Below, piece after piece: positions 1-12,353 of a stretch of DNA of 48,462 nt (its first letter is position 1; each line of letters begins with the position of its first letter). Both the position numbers and the translations under genes were made by a program. Origin of the DNA: Chiloscyllium plagiosum (lineage: Eukaryota); contig NC_057711.1 in NCBI RefSeq assembly GCF_004010195.1, positions 69,455,970 to 69,504,431 of the forward strand. Direction: 5' to 3'. Below the pieces are notes generated by a model. That model worked only from the letters and a program-made list of their open reading frames with translations. It was not told the origin of the DNA and made no database searches.

Positions 1-1141
1 GGGGTGGGGGTTGGTGCACTTGTTGCGTTTGGAGAGGTGAGGTTTGAGGGCGGAGGTGGAGGACGTGAATGTGGTGGCTTGGCGGGCATCTTCAATCACG
101 TGAGAAGGAAAATTACAATCTTTGAAGAAGGAGGCCATCTGGTATATTCTGTGGTGGAACTGGTCCTCCTGGGAGCAGATATGGATGAGGCCGAGGAATT
201 GGGAATATGGGATAGCATTATTTTGCAGGAGGTACGGTGAGAAGAGGTGTAATTCAGGAAGCTGGGGGAGTCAGTAGGTTTGTAAAAAAATGTCAATGTT
301 AAGTCGGTCGTCATTGATTGAGTTAGAGAGATCCACGAAGTGGAGGGATGTGTCAGAGATGGTCCAGGTGAATTTATGGTCGAGTGGAATGTGTTGATGA
401 AGTTGATGAACTGCTAAACCTCCTAGCGGGAGCACGAGGTGGCGCCGATGCAGCCATCAATGCAGCGGAGGAAGAGAAGGGGACTGGTACCGGTGGAACT
501 ACAGAAGTTGGACTATTCTACACCAACAAATGGACAGGCATAGCTGTGGCCTATGCGGATGCTCAAAGCTACCCCTTTTCTCTGGAAGAAGTGGGAGGAT
601 TCGAAGGATAAATTGTTAAGAGTGAGGACTAGTTCAGCCAAACGAAGGGAAGTGTCAGAGGAAGTGTACTGTTGGTGTCGTCGGGAGAGGAAGAAACGGA
701 GGCATAGGGGGACCTGGTCAATGCAGGAGGAATTCCAGAGGGATTGGATGTCTATGGTGAAGATGAGGCGCGGTGAGTCGGAGAAACGGAAGTCTTGGAT
801 GAGGTGCAGGGCATGGTTGATGTCTCAAATGGGTGTGGGGAGTTCCAAGACTGGGGAGATAGGAAAGTATCGAGGCAGGTGGAAGTGAGTTCTATGGTGC
901 AGGTGCAGGCTGAGGCAAATGATCGGCCGGGGTGGTCAGGCTTGTGGATCGTGCGAAGGAGGTAGAATATGGCAGCGTGGGGTTCCCGGACTTTGATGTT
1001 GTAAGCCGTGTGTGGGAGATCTCCTGAGGTGATAATGTTGAGAGGTTTCTGGGAGATGATGGTTTGGTGATGGGGGATGGGGTCATGGTCAAGGGGGCGG
1101 TAGGAAGAGGTTTCTGGGAGATGATGGTTTGGTGATGGGGG
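1..1141 (-). mobile_element. Penelope-like retroelement (PLE) reverse transcriptase fragment, decayed, 5'-truncated, continues off the window start
   Basis: Minus-strand translation gives PLE RT motifs in order: FYLLRTIHKPDHPGR (~968-921), LIFTIDIQSL, AELVLTLNNLSFESSHFFQRKGVA, GIRIGHSYACPFVG (cf. GTRMGPSYACLFVG), LFLRCIDGCIG (YIDD mutated), KFTWTISDT and YKPTDSPSFLNYTSSH. Frameshifted. Confidence 0.9.
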
Positions 1142-2319
1142 GTTTAGTGTTCTGGTTTAGTGTTTTCTGGTTTAGTGTTAGTCTGAAGATTCTTCTTTCC
1201 AGCCAAAGCTGGGCAAGTTTTCCAGTTTCACGTAATTCCTCATAAACTCACTCTCTTTGATTTGAGTTCAAGTTCCCACCTCTATTCTTAAATGGTCAAC
1301 CATAGAGGCTTGCTGTCAATATCTCTCAGTTTGCTCTCTCTCTCTCAGATTCTGGCAGACTGACCCTGTCCGTGAGGTTCGGTGATACTTTTAGAGTACA
1401 TGCTGTTACCTGACTCTACAGTGGCTTCTTATGGGCTCTTCCCTCTCATAAAAAACAAAGTATTTCCATGGCAATATGAATCACATGACATATGGAATCA
1501 ATTTTGTAAAAATGTTAATTAGTTATCCTTTAAACTCCAAACTTGATTCTTGAGACTAAATAGACAGATTGAAGTACAAAGCCAGATATTGTTAACACCT
1601 TCCAAGGGCTTCAGAGATTAACACTTAATTCACTGTCAGTACAGATGCCTTTGTTGTTGTTTACGGACGTGAACACATTGCATCTTTTTTCCAAGAAAAT
1701 AAGCTCAATTCCACCTCAAATTTAAAATGCCTCAAGTTTGCTACAAGCAGAATTCTGAACAGGTCACAAGATATGCTTCATTTCTTCATTTTTCATTAAG
1801 TTGAAGACACAGTCCCCAAATGTCACAATCTTATTGCATTTGTAACAATGCATGCTCCCTCACCACTTAACTATGACTTGCCACAGTGCCAGAAGTCAGC
1901 CTGACCCGCAGCAGCCAAATTGAATAGTCTGAATCCCAAAGTCCCCAGCCATGAATGTTTTACAAGGCCCCTCATGAGCAGCCTTTCACCAGCTTTTCTG
2001 AGAATAGCAGGAGGAGAGCTTTGTAGAGGTGGTGGGTTGAATAACAATGATAACTTTTGTTTATTTGAGAGAAACCACCACATAACAATGTCATTATTAA
2101 GACAACCCATTTCGACCCTTGTAGCCTGCCAGATTCTGGCCTGTCTTTTGTTGCTAAAATCCTCATCCATGATTTTGTTCTCTGGAGACTGGACAATGCT
2201 CTTCTGTTAGCCTCCAGCCTCTTACCTTTTGTAACCTTGTGATCATCCAATACTCTGCTGCCTGTGTCCTAACTTACGCCAAGTCATATTCACCTATTGC
2301 TCCCATGCTTGCTGACTCA

Positions 2320-2430
2320 TAAATTGCTCCCAAACAAGTGTCAATTTGATTATAAGCCTGTTTTTCAAGCTGTCTCTTGCTTTGCCCCTCTCCATATCTG
2401 CAATCTCCTCCAGCCCCATCCCCAGAAGGA
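2320..2430 (+). mobile_element. L2-type LINE remnant
   Basis: ttcaagctgtctcttgctttgcccctctccatatctgcaatctcctccagcccc resembles the L2 ORF2 C-terminal region FKSLHGLAPPYLCNLLQP. Confidence 0.4.
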
Positions 2431-2469
2431 AATAATCTAACCATAGCCCCTTAATATTCGATAGTATTA

Positions 2470-3070
2470 CCAAAGCTGGATCCACCACTACCAACATTCT
2501 GGAGTTACAATTGTAACTCACATCTTGACTCCCCACACTCTGTCCATCATCCACAAGGCACAGGTCAGGAGTGTGTTGGAACACTGCCCACTAGCCTGAA
2601 TGGGTACAGCTCCAACAACACTCAAGAAACATGACAACATCCAGGACAAAGCAGCCCATCCAAATGATACAACATCTTCAAACATTCACTCCCTTTACCA
2701 CTGAAACACAGTAGTAGCAGTGTGCACCATCTACAAGATGAACTGCAGTAACTCCAAGGCTCCTTTGACAGCACCTTAGAAACCCACAAACCCCTACCAT
2801 TAAGACAAGGACAGTAGTTGTAGATGATAGTGTTCCAATGTAAATTAACCTCGAACTTACGAATTATCGTGATTTGGAAATATATCACTGTCGTTTTACT
2901 GTTGTTGGGTCAAAATCCTGGAACTCCCTCCCTCACAGAAGTGTGGGTCTATTTATGTGAATTAAGCTGCAGCAGTTCAAAAGACTGTTCACCACCAACT
3001 TCTCAAGGACACCTATGAATGGACAATAAGTTTTGGGCCAGCCGGTGGAACCCACATTCCTGAACAATTA
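2470..3070 (+). mobile_element. LINE 'family B' (CR1/L2-group-like RT) 3' end
   Basis: Degenerate KAQVRSVLEH..LA.MGTAPTTLKKHDNIQDKAA...VAVCTIYKM, followed by a 3' tail (aatggacaataag..ggccagcc..cccacattcc). Homologous to 20500-21095 and 5320-5900. Confidence 0.8.
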
Positions 3071-3392
3071 AGAAAATCTGCATGAGATTCAATTTTAAGC
3101 TAAAAATCTCTCATGAGAGACTTTATCAAATGCTTTCTGGAAATTCATATAAATAGCATTCATGGCAATCCTCTGTCTATTACATAATGTATCTCTTCAA
3201 AAGGTTCAGTTGGATTCATTAGACATGACCCATCCTTTACAAATACATATTAACTTCTTAATCCCCTAATTTCCGAGCAGCAGAATTTAAGTTAACTGGT
3301 CTTTAATTCTGTTGTTTTTCTCTTTAGTTCTCTTGAAAACGTAAGCCATTTTCAAACCTAAAGAGAAGGTTCCAACATTGAGAAAACATTAA

Positions 3393-3742
3393 GGCAGCAT
3401 GGTGGCACAGTGGTTAGCACTGCTGCCTCTCAGTGCCAGGGACCTGGCTTGATCCCATCATTGGGCGACTGTGCAGTTTGTACATTCGCCCCATGTCTTT
3501 GTGGGTGTCCTCCAGGTGCACCAGTTTCTCCCAGTCAAAAGATATGCAGGTTAGGTGGATTGGCCATGCTAAATTATCTAAAGTGTCCAGTGATGTGCAG
3601 GCTAGGTGGGTTAGCCATGGGACATGCAGGGTTATAGAGATAGGGTAGAGGGATGAGTCTGATGGGATGCACTTCTCTGGGTTGGTGTGGACTCAATGGG
3701 CTGCTTGCACACTGGAGGGATTTGATTCTATTCTATTCTATT
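3393..3742 (+). mobile_element. HE1-type tRNA-derived V-SINE
   Basis: tRNA-like head with A-box (tggcacagtgg), V-core-like gtgggtgtcctccaggtgcaccagtttctccc, duplicated gatgtgcaggttaggtgg unit and (attct)n tail. Confidence 0.85.
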
Positions 3743-6689
3743 GATATGCCATACTTTGAGCCTGAGCAATGTACTAAAACATGATTTATTGCTATCTAGT
3801 TTCTCAGTTACTGGCATCTTGCCTATGTTAATTTGGTTGAGACCTTGTTCCTAATTCAATAAATTTCTTTAAGATGTCCAGCATGCTGACTTCCTCCTCT
3901 ACTGTACGTACAGACACATTCACCATTTCTTTCTTATCATTGACCAGATCAGAGTGATCCGTTTTCAAAGGTTTGAGTGGGTTTTCAAATCCACATTGCT
4001 TCTGAATAGAGCTTTGTTAATTTTTATATCCCTTGCAAGTTTATTTTCACACTCTGCTTTGTAATTCTTATTTTCTGCTTCTTACTCTTTACTGTCTTTG
4101 TAACTTCCTCATTCACCAGGATCTGAGTGGTTTAAATTTGTTTCTTCTTTTGGCTTTATATTGTCTCTTCTTTAGGAGTCCATGCCTCTCCTTTTTGACA
4201 AGTTAACTTCATGAACTGATTCTACATCAAGTTAAATCCTTTCATACTTCCAACCAATATTTTTTGTTTTGTCCATTAACAATGTAGGGAAAAAAGTATT
4301 CCAACCACAAAATATGTATTCTTTGAGAAAAAAAGTGAAATGGATCCAATGTTTTTTTTTGTGGTCTTGTTCTTCCTGATGTGCTGTAAAATATTTTTTG
4401 ATTGTCAGTGTTGAAATTGTTAAGATACGTTTTTTCTAATGTTGAAATTCTGAGTTTTGATGCTTTTGTGTTATTTGGTGATATTCGTCGGATGGTCCCA
4501 TTAACCCTGACTTGAGTTAAGAAAATTATGGAGTGGAAGGATAAGTCTCATCAGAGACTTGAAAAACTCTTCTCACTTTATGAAAACAAAAAGATCTTCA
4601 GTTCTAAAATTTATTGTGGAGATTTGTTATTGTTGCTCTGGTGAAAGAAAGATCATTGTTTTGAAACATTTGAAATTGCAAATAAACAAAATGACACCCT
4701 GTACAATTTCAATGTTTGCTACACAGTGTAACAAGTCTCAGTAACTGACTTTACTATAACATTCAGTAGCAAAATACATACAACAAGAATCAGGGAGTGA
4801 CCAACTCCTTTGATCTCTGAAAGGTACTGCATGAGTGTCAGCACTCTTCATCCTCCTAGTCAGCTTATTCAACTACTCTGATGATAAGCAATTATGTGTG
4901 GATCTATGGTCTCATAACTATTTTTTTCTGCATGTTTCTTAGTTTACTTGCAAAGCTGTTTGAATCCAGTGTCCGGTTATGAATTCAATTCCGATTTCAA
5001 AAGGAGAGAATCCAACCTTTCAAAGGCATTATCACAGCTGAACCCTCACTATCAACATTCTGAGATTATGATAGATTGGAAATTGAGCTAGACCAGCCAT
5101 ACAAATGCTGTAACTACAACAGCAGGTCAGAGAATGGGAATTCAATGAGCAACCCATTTCCTGACTCCTCAAAGTCTGTCCATCTACCATGCACAATTCA
5201 GAAGTGTGAAGGAACAGTCTCAGACATTTTAAGGATCTTATGATTTCATGCTACTTAAATTTGTTCTTTGATTGAATAGATTTAGTTTTAAAAGTCTTTT
5301 GTGTTTTCTTTATTCACAGAATGCAGGCAGCATTTAATGCCCATCTTTAATTGCCCTTGAAGGTCGTGGTGAGCTGCTATGTTGAGCTTCTGCTGCCCTT
5401 AGGGTCTTGGGACATAGCTCTTTGACCTAGCAACAGTAAGGAATGGTGATACAGTTCTACGTTAAGATGGCATGTGTCTTGGAGAGGAACTTGCAAATAG
5501 TGATGCTCCCATGTACCTGCTGTTCTTGTCCTTCTAGATAGTGGAGTTGAGTCAGGTGCTGTCTAAGGAGCCTTGGTGAATTGTTGCTGTGCATCTTGCA
5601 GATGATACACATTGCCCTTGTATGTCATTGATAGAGAGATTGAATATTGAAGGTGTTGGATGGTGTGCCAGTAAAGCAGACTGCTTTGCCCTGGATACAG
5701 TCGAGCTTCTTGAACGTTGTTGGAGCTATCCTGATTGAGGCAAGTGGTGATTATTCCATCACACTCCTGACTTGTGCATTGTAGATGGTAGACAGGCTTT
5801 AAGAAATCAAGGGATGAGTTATTCACTGAATTCCCATCCTCTGACCTGCTGTTGTAATCACAATATTTATATGACTGGTCCAGTTCAGTTTCCTGTCTAT
5901 CACAACTCTCAGGATTTGGTTTTGGTAATGCCATTGAATGGTTGAATTCTCTCTTGATGGAGATGTTCACTTCCTGCCCTTTGTGGTGTAAATGTTACTT
6001 TCCACTTGCCAGCCCAAACCGGTATGATGTCCAGGTTTTGCTGCTTCTGGATATGGACTGCTTCAGTATGTGAGGAATCTCAAATTGTGTTCAACATTGT
6101 GCAATCTTCAGTGAACAACCCCATTTCTGAATTTATGACTGAGGATAGGTCATTGGCGAAACAGATAAGCTGATTAGGCCCACTAACTGTATGAATTCTT
6201 GCACTGATGTCTTGGGGCTGACATGATTAACTCCAACACCACTCCATCTTACTTTGTGCTGGGTATGAGAGGTAGGATTCCTACAATTAATATTGTCTCC
6301 AGTTTTCCCATGTTTTCTCACTTGGCCAATGCTGCCTTGATGTCAAGGGCAGACACCCTCATATCCTCTGGCTCTGCTGCCTTGTCCATTTTTGAACCAA
6401 GGCTGTAATGAGGTCAAGAGCTGAGTGACCCTGGTGGAACCCAAGCTGGGTGTCAATGAGCAGGTTTTTGCACAGCAAGTGTCACTTGACAGCACTGTTG
6501 ATGACTCTTTGCTAATGATTGAGAATAGACTGGTGGAACAGTAATTAGTGAAGCTGGCTTTGTCCTGTATTTTGTGGACAAGGCATTTATAAAAAAGTTT
6601 CCACATTACTGGGTGGATGTGACTGTTGTAACTATATTGAAACAATCTCTCAACATCTGCCTAAGCCACTACACATTTAAAAAAATAAT

Positions 6690-6995
6690 AATTTAACAGA
6701 ATGAAGGTGTCACTGGCTAGGCCAGCATACATTGCCTATCCCTAAATGCCCAGCATGCAGTTAAGAGTCAACCACATTCTTGTGGGTCTGGAGATACGTA
6801 TAGGCCAGACCAGGCAAAGATGGCAGATTTCCTTCCCTAAAGAACATTAGTGAATCAGATGGGTTTTCCTGACAATTGACAATGGTTTCATTGTCATCAA
6901 TCATGGCAGGAAAGGCAATAGCCTCGTGATATTATCACTGGACTGTTAATCCAGAGACCCAGATTTGAATCCCACCATGGCAGAAGAATTTGCTG
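6690..6995. mobile_element. Family-B-related tRNA SINE with inverted 5' part
   Basis: Minus-strand body and tail 6700-6903 (gggtctggagatacgtataggccagaccagg..ttccttccctaaagaacattagtgaa) abuts a plus-strand head ~6912-6985 (tcactggactgttaatccagagacccagatttgaatcccaccatggcag). Confidence 0.6.
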
Positions 6996-7039
6996 CCATT
7001 TCAATACTTCATCTTGCTTTCATGCTAACATCCGCACAG

Positions 7040-7142
7040 TGTTCCAGTGAAGCCCAATTCAACCTGGAGGATAAGCACCTCATTTTCCACTGAGGCACTT
7101 TATAGCCTTTGTGCATCAACATTGAGTTCAACAACTTCAGCA
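7040..7142 (+). mobile_element. PLE GIY-YIG endonuclease C-terminal remnant
   Basis: Translates AQFNLEDKHLIFH*GTL*PLCINIEFNNF, matching the PLE terminus LEEQHLIFRLGTLQPxGLNIEF. Confidence 0.65.
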
Positions 7143-9199
7143 AGTAGTCTTGTGCTGTAGATTCACCAGGTTGATACTCAATTTTTAGATGTGACTGGTA
7201 TTGTTTCCCCAACTGCTCTTTTCATTGAACCAAGATTTACCTCTGCCTTGGTAGTACTGGTGGATAAAAAGATATGTTCGCTCATGAGATTACAGATTAT
7301 GATAGGATACAATTCTGCTGCTGAGTGTCCATAGTGCTTCTTGTATGTCCAGTCTTGAGTTGCTAGATCTGTTCAAAATTTATCCCATTTAGCGCAGTGG
7401 TAGTGGTGGTCTTCAGTATGAAGCTGGGACGTGATCTCCATAAGGACCGTGCACTGGTTACTCGTATTGACACTAACATGGCCATCAATTATGAATAGAT
7501 TCATGAGGATGAGGTCAAATAGATTGCTCCTGCATGTTGTTTCCTTTGCTATATGCTACAGGCCCAGTCAAGTAGCTGCATCATTTAGGCCCGAGCTAAC
7601 TCAGTCAGTTGTGGTGCTACCAAGTTCCTCTTGGTGATGGACACTAAAGTCCCTCAACTAGAGTACATGCTCTGCCCTTTCCACTTTCAGTGCAACCTCA
7701 ATTTTGCTCAGCATGAGGGTGAACTGACTCATTGAGGGGGATACGAGAGGTGTTAATCAGCAGGAAGTTTCTTTGCCCATGTTTGACATGAAAATTCATA
7801 GCTCTAGAGGCAATGTTGATGTCTGCCAAGGCAACTCCATCCTGACTATATACACTGTAACCCTGATTTGTGGGTCTGTCCTCATGGTGGGACAGGATGT
7901 AACCAGAGGTTATAATGGTGGCATCTGCAACATTATCGATAAGAAATGATGCCTTGAGAACGACTAAGTCAGGTTGTTGCTTGACTAGGCTGTGGGACAG
8001 CTCTTCCAATATTAGCACAAGTCTCCAGATGGTACTAAGAATCCCTTTTACAGGGAAGACAGAGTTGCATGTGCCGTTATCATTTCTGGTGCCTTGGTCA
8101 AGGCTGGGTAATTAAATCAGTTTAATTCCTTTTGTTCAGACATTGTTGAAGTTAGATAAAACTGAGAGGCTTGCAAGGCTATTTCAGAGGACAATTAAGA
8201 GTTAACTACATTACTGTGGATCTGAAATTTCCCTGGCCTGACCAAATGAGCATAGCAGTTTTTCCTTCTAGAGGATATTAATGAATCAGAGGGGATTTCA
8301 TGAGAATTGACAATGACTCATATCCACCATCACTCTGACTCCAGATTTGTTGTTTGAATTCAAACCTCATCAATTTCCTCTGTGGTATTCGAATCCATGT
8401 CCCTGGAGCTTTAGACCGGGTGTTGAGGTTTCTGACCTAGTGACAATGCCACTATGTCACCACTTACTCATGTTGATTCAACATTTCTTTACAGAATAAA
8501 ACAACATATTCTATGTCAAGGTCATTTTAATCAGACATCTCCTTTTTGGTCTGCTAGCCCACCACTTTGTGTTCTGCTCTGTTGTCTTTCCTGCATTTAT
8601 CTTTATGCAGCATATCCTATATTCTTTGCTTTGCTGCTTTACGTTAATTTTCCACAGGATAACTCAAAGACAAGGTCATTGTTGAATTTGCAAAGAATGT
8701 CTTTTGATCAACATAGTTGAGTAAACATAGTCAAATATTGCCTATTGCAAGAGACATGCAATAAATGCTGGCCTAGTCGTCAATGCCCACATCCCACAAG
8801 TGAATAAAAAATAGGCTATCATTCAATGTTTCCCTTCAACTGTATTGTTCAACCAATCTCAACAATTATCACATAAGCCTAAGGTACATTACACAAAATG
8901 TGGTAGGTATTGTGACAGCAAAGTAGGAAAATCTCCAGGAAAATTCTGCAATGTCTATGCTGCAATTACTAAGTCACAACATTAATGCAAGTTTTTCACC
9001 CCTACAAAAAATTGTTTCTTCGATACCTTGTCTTAAGTCTTTTGCTTTCAAGAAAAATGGAAAGAATTTGAATTTAAACTCTGTCTTTCATGATCTCAAT
9101 ATGTCCAAATTTATTTTGAAATGTAATCACTGCTAGAAAGTTGATAATACAATTTATATAAGGTCCCAAACTTATCAGTGAAAGAAATGACCAGATCAT

Positions 9200-9600
9200 T
9201 TGTTTTTTGAGTTGGTAGAGGATAGATATTGGCCAGGTCATCAGATGAATTCCCTTGCTGTTCTTCAAAAAATGCAATGGGAAAGCTTGGCAATCCAGAT
9301 AGATCCCAGATTTAGCATCTCATTTAAAAGATGATACCTCAATCATTGTAATGCTTCCTCTGAAATGCATAGGAACAGGAGTAGGCCATTCAGTCCACCA
9401 AGCCTGCTATGCTGTCCAATCAGATCATGTCTCATCATTCACATTAATGCTTCCTTCATTCTCATTTCCCACTCTATGTTCATATCCCAATTGCACTGAA
9501 GTGTGAGATCAGATTTTTATGTTGAAATGCAGTAGAGGTTGAACCCAATTCAAGCTCCTAATTCAAAGATGAGAGGACTATCAGCGAACCAAAGCTGACA
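9200..9600 (-). mobile_element. Deu-domain (SacSINE/AmnSINE-like) SINE, interrupted by a CR1 3'-tail fragment (~9365-9490)
   Basis: ttagcatctcatttaaaagatgatacctc ... tgcactgaagtgtgagatcagatttttatg ... ttgaaccc ... gatgagaggactatcagcgaaccaaagctgaca resembles the antisense of the Deu-SINE head and core, recalled from consensus. Confidence 0.6.
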
Positions 9601-10050
9601 CCTTTAATCTGTGCCTTCTAATTCTGTCAATTTGCCTCAACTAGTAGAAACAGGCTATTTGTTCCCTCGATTTTAGAAATGTATGATTATTATTAAATCA
9701 GCCTCATTTTTCAGTTGTTCACTATCTTCATATTTAGCTATACCAGACCACAGTCAAGCGAATCTGTGAAGACACCCTTTATGTCTGCAATATTTTTCCT
9801 GTATTCCTGTTCCTGCATACAGTATTTCTATTCAAGTCATACTAAGACTTTCTATAGATTTACCATTACATCTTGACTTTTATATAATTTAATTTAGCAT
9901 TAAACACATGTGCTTGGGTACATTTTTATACCTTCTGATCACTCTAGTTGGTGACTGCCAGTTTGTTTTGAAGCATTGATGTTGAGTATTAGGAGGATAA
10001 TTGCATTGGGGGGGCTATCACCTCAAAGTTTGTTTCTTTCCTTGCTTCAG

Positions 10051-10094
10051 AGTGTTTCAGACTGAACATGAACAGTGATTATTATTCAGAAAAT
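10051..10094 (+). other. Candidate 44-bp host exon
   Basis: Polypyrimidine acceptor tgtttctttccttgcttcag| and donor AAT|gtaagc. Only one open frame (CFRLNMNSDYYSEN). Confidence 0.3.
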
Positions 10095-11203
10095 GTAAGC
10101 AGAATTCATTCCTTCCCTAATCTGTGAGATACCATAATGAATTTTAGTACCTTGTGTCCTGCCTTGCCTAAGATTAAGAAATGTAGTACAAATAAAAAAA
10201 GTCATAAAACATGTAGGTTAAGGATCTGTAGAACTTAACTGTTGACTGGGTAAACTCAATAAACCCCACTGTGGAAATTAAATACCCTTAAAACTAAACA
10301 TCTTCTTGCATGAATCCAAGTTGTTAATATTGGTAAGTTATTCAATTCTGTGAGAGATCAGTAACAGAGCCTAATCTTGCCTTTATCTAACATCACATAT
10401 ACACTTTTCAATAGAGGTATTAGATAGCGATTGAGAACAGAAACCATTAATAATTATCTCCAGCTCTCAATCTAGAGATAATTAAACATTCATTGCTGCT
10501 CCAACTGATATCAACTAATCAGCACTGACTTTCCTGGATTGAGCTGCAAGTATCATGTTTTGTAGAAAATTTACTTTGAAGCCATCTGAAAAGTGATTTT
10601 AAATTCTAGACTAGTTCAGTCTGACACAATGTCTCCAGCTGTTAAGGGTTTTCTATGGAATAAGTTTGGGCAGCATCATCTGAGCTCCCCATTAGGGTAG
10701 ATTCATTGCAGAAAATGTTCCATTATTTTCCACAATCGGAAATTTGAACTTTGAAGTAAAGTATACTGTTAAGATATAATTGAAACAGCTTTATCAGTAT
10801 CTGGCCCTGCTGTGCCTGAACTCTGTTTTGAATGGGCAACCCCTTAATCTTAAACAGTGGTCCCTGGTTCTAGATTCTCTTCTAAGAAGAAACATTCAAT
10901 CCACGTCCACCTTGTCAACCCTTCTGGACTAATTATTTAAATTAAGTTGTTTCAATGAAGGTCATTAATCTGAAATGTTGGGCAGAATTTAACCAGCCGA
11001 GGTATGTTGGGCTTGGAGGGAGACGGGGTGGTTGTTAAATTGAGGGTAAGGGTTGCATTGGAATGAAGCCCCAACATGCTGCTGCTTAGGGTTATTTCTG
11101 CTGAAGTTGATAAAAAGCATGTATACCTGCAATGAGCAAGCAATTGAGCCTTTTAAAACATCAACGCTGTCATCTATTTTAGATGCTGTTTAAATTTTAC
11201 TGG

Positions 11204-12353
11204 GAATGCACTAGAACCAAGAAAATTCTGTGGCTCACTGGTTTTAAAAAGGTGGGAGTTAGTGGCAGGTAAGTGGTGGCTAGACTTAGAACCCACTGAT
11301 AGCAGCTGCATTAGAGCCAAAGGAAAGTGAGAAACTGTGGCTCAGAGTTCAGCATTGCTGCCTAACAGCACCAGGGTCCCAGATTCGATTCCAGCCTTGG
11401 GCGAATGTCTGTGTGGAGTTTGCACGTTTTTCCTGTGTCTGTGTGGGTTTCCTCCAGGTGCTCCGGTTTCCTCCCATAATCCTAAGGTGTGCAGGTTAGG
11501 TAAATTGGCCACAGTGTTCAGGGATGTGTAGGTTAGGTGCATTAGTCTGGGTAAACGTAGAACCGTAGGGGAATGGGTCTGGGTGGGTCACTCTTGGGAG
11601 TGTTGATGTGGACTTATTGGGCCGAAGGGCCTGTTTCCACACTGTAGGAATTCTATTCTATTCTGTTGGAGAAATGGACTGAAGGTACTGCAAAGTGGAC
11701 AGAAATCAGAGGCAGAATGTTTGAAATGCAGACAGAGTTAGGGTATTGAGAGGCTATGTGGTTAAATAAACAATATGTCTTGCGCAGTCAACACTTGACT
11801 CCTCCAGTAAGGAGAATAATGAACAAGAGAGACTAGTACAAGCACAGGGAGAGAGATACAATGTCTACTGTAGCAACATGGTCAGAAGGGTAAAAGGGGT
11901 GCAGAGGATCATGAATGCAGGGTCATGCAGAAAGTAAGAGATATTGGAGCATTCATTATCTGTGAAGACTGCAGCTGTCAAGGCAGAATGTGTTGGAGTT
12001 ATGCACAATGCTTTAGGAAGGTTTAAGGCCAGTAGGATGTGTGACATTCCATTGCCTGTGCAGTGAAGATAATTATGGTTGTCAACTTTTTAACTTATAA
12101 ATCCTTCTGGAGATATTAGTTGTATCTTGCAGTTGTTGAGCTGTTGTTGCATCATGCTGACCATGGATGCCTTGGCAGCCTCATGCATGTGATCATCAAG
12201 GCTCCCACTGAGCAACCAAAGCCTTTGCCAACAAGAAGGAATTCCACTTCTTGAATGCACTAGATCCAAAAACATTCTGTGGCTCACTGGTTATAAAAAG
12301 GTGGGAGCTAGTGGCAGGTAAGTGGTGGCGAGACTTGGAACCCACTGATAGCA
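11204..12353 (+). repeat. 101-bp direct repeat pair (11204-11304 and 12253-12353)
   Basis: Ungapped alignment by eye gives 7 mismatches in 101 bp. Confidence 0.95.
11337..11664 (+). mobile_element. HE1-type V-SINE inserted in the Harbinger element
   Basis: tRNA-like head (gtggctcagag..gattcgattcc), core gtgtggagtttgcacg..gggtttcctccaggtgctccggtttcctccc and tail gggccgaagggcctgtttccacactgtaggaattctattctattct. Confidence 0.9.

Larger units (their letters stand above)
5320..8463 (-). mobile_element. LINE 'family B', near full-length but internally deleted and decayed, with tRNA-like 5' head; interrupted at ~6650-7150
   Basis: Head with A-box-like 8449-8459 and B-box-like 8385-8396, endonuclease start LEELSHSLVKQQPDLVVLKASFL (ORF 7698-8018), RT-region remnants 5900-6640, C-terminal region ~5560-5800 and 3' tail at ~5320-5360. 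Confidence 0.75.

Noticed and set aside
4..888. Plus-strand ORFs at the window start
   Set aside because: They are antisense shadows of the minus-strand PLE reverse transcriptase.
3393..3470. tRNA genes at SINE heads (also 11337, 26975, 8385-8460)
   Set aside because: They are degenerate tRNA-derived heads continuous with SINE or LINE bodies, and no complete cloverleaf was seen.
3541..3620. Internal tandem duplication in the SINE
   Set aside because: Also present in the copy at 11337-11664, so it is a family trait rather than a local event.
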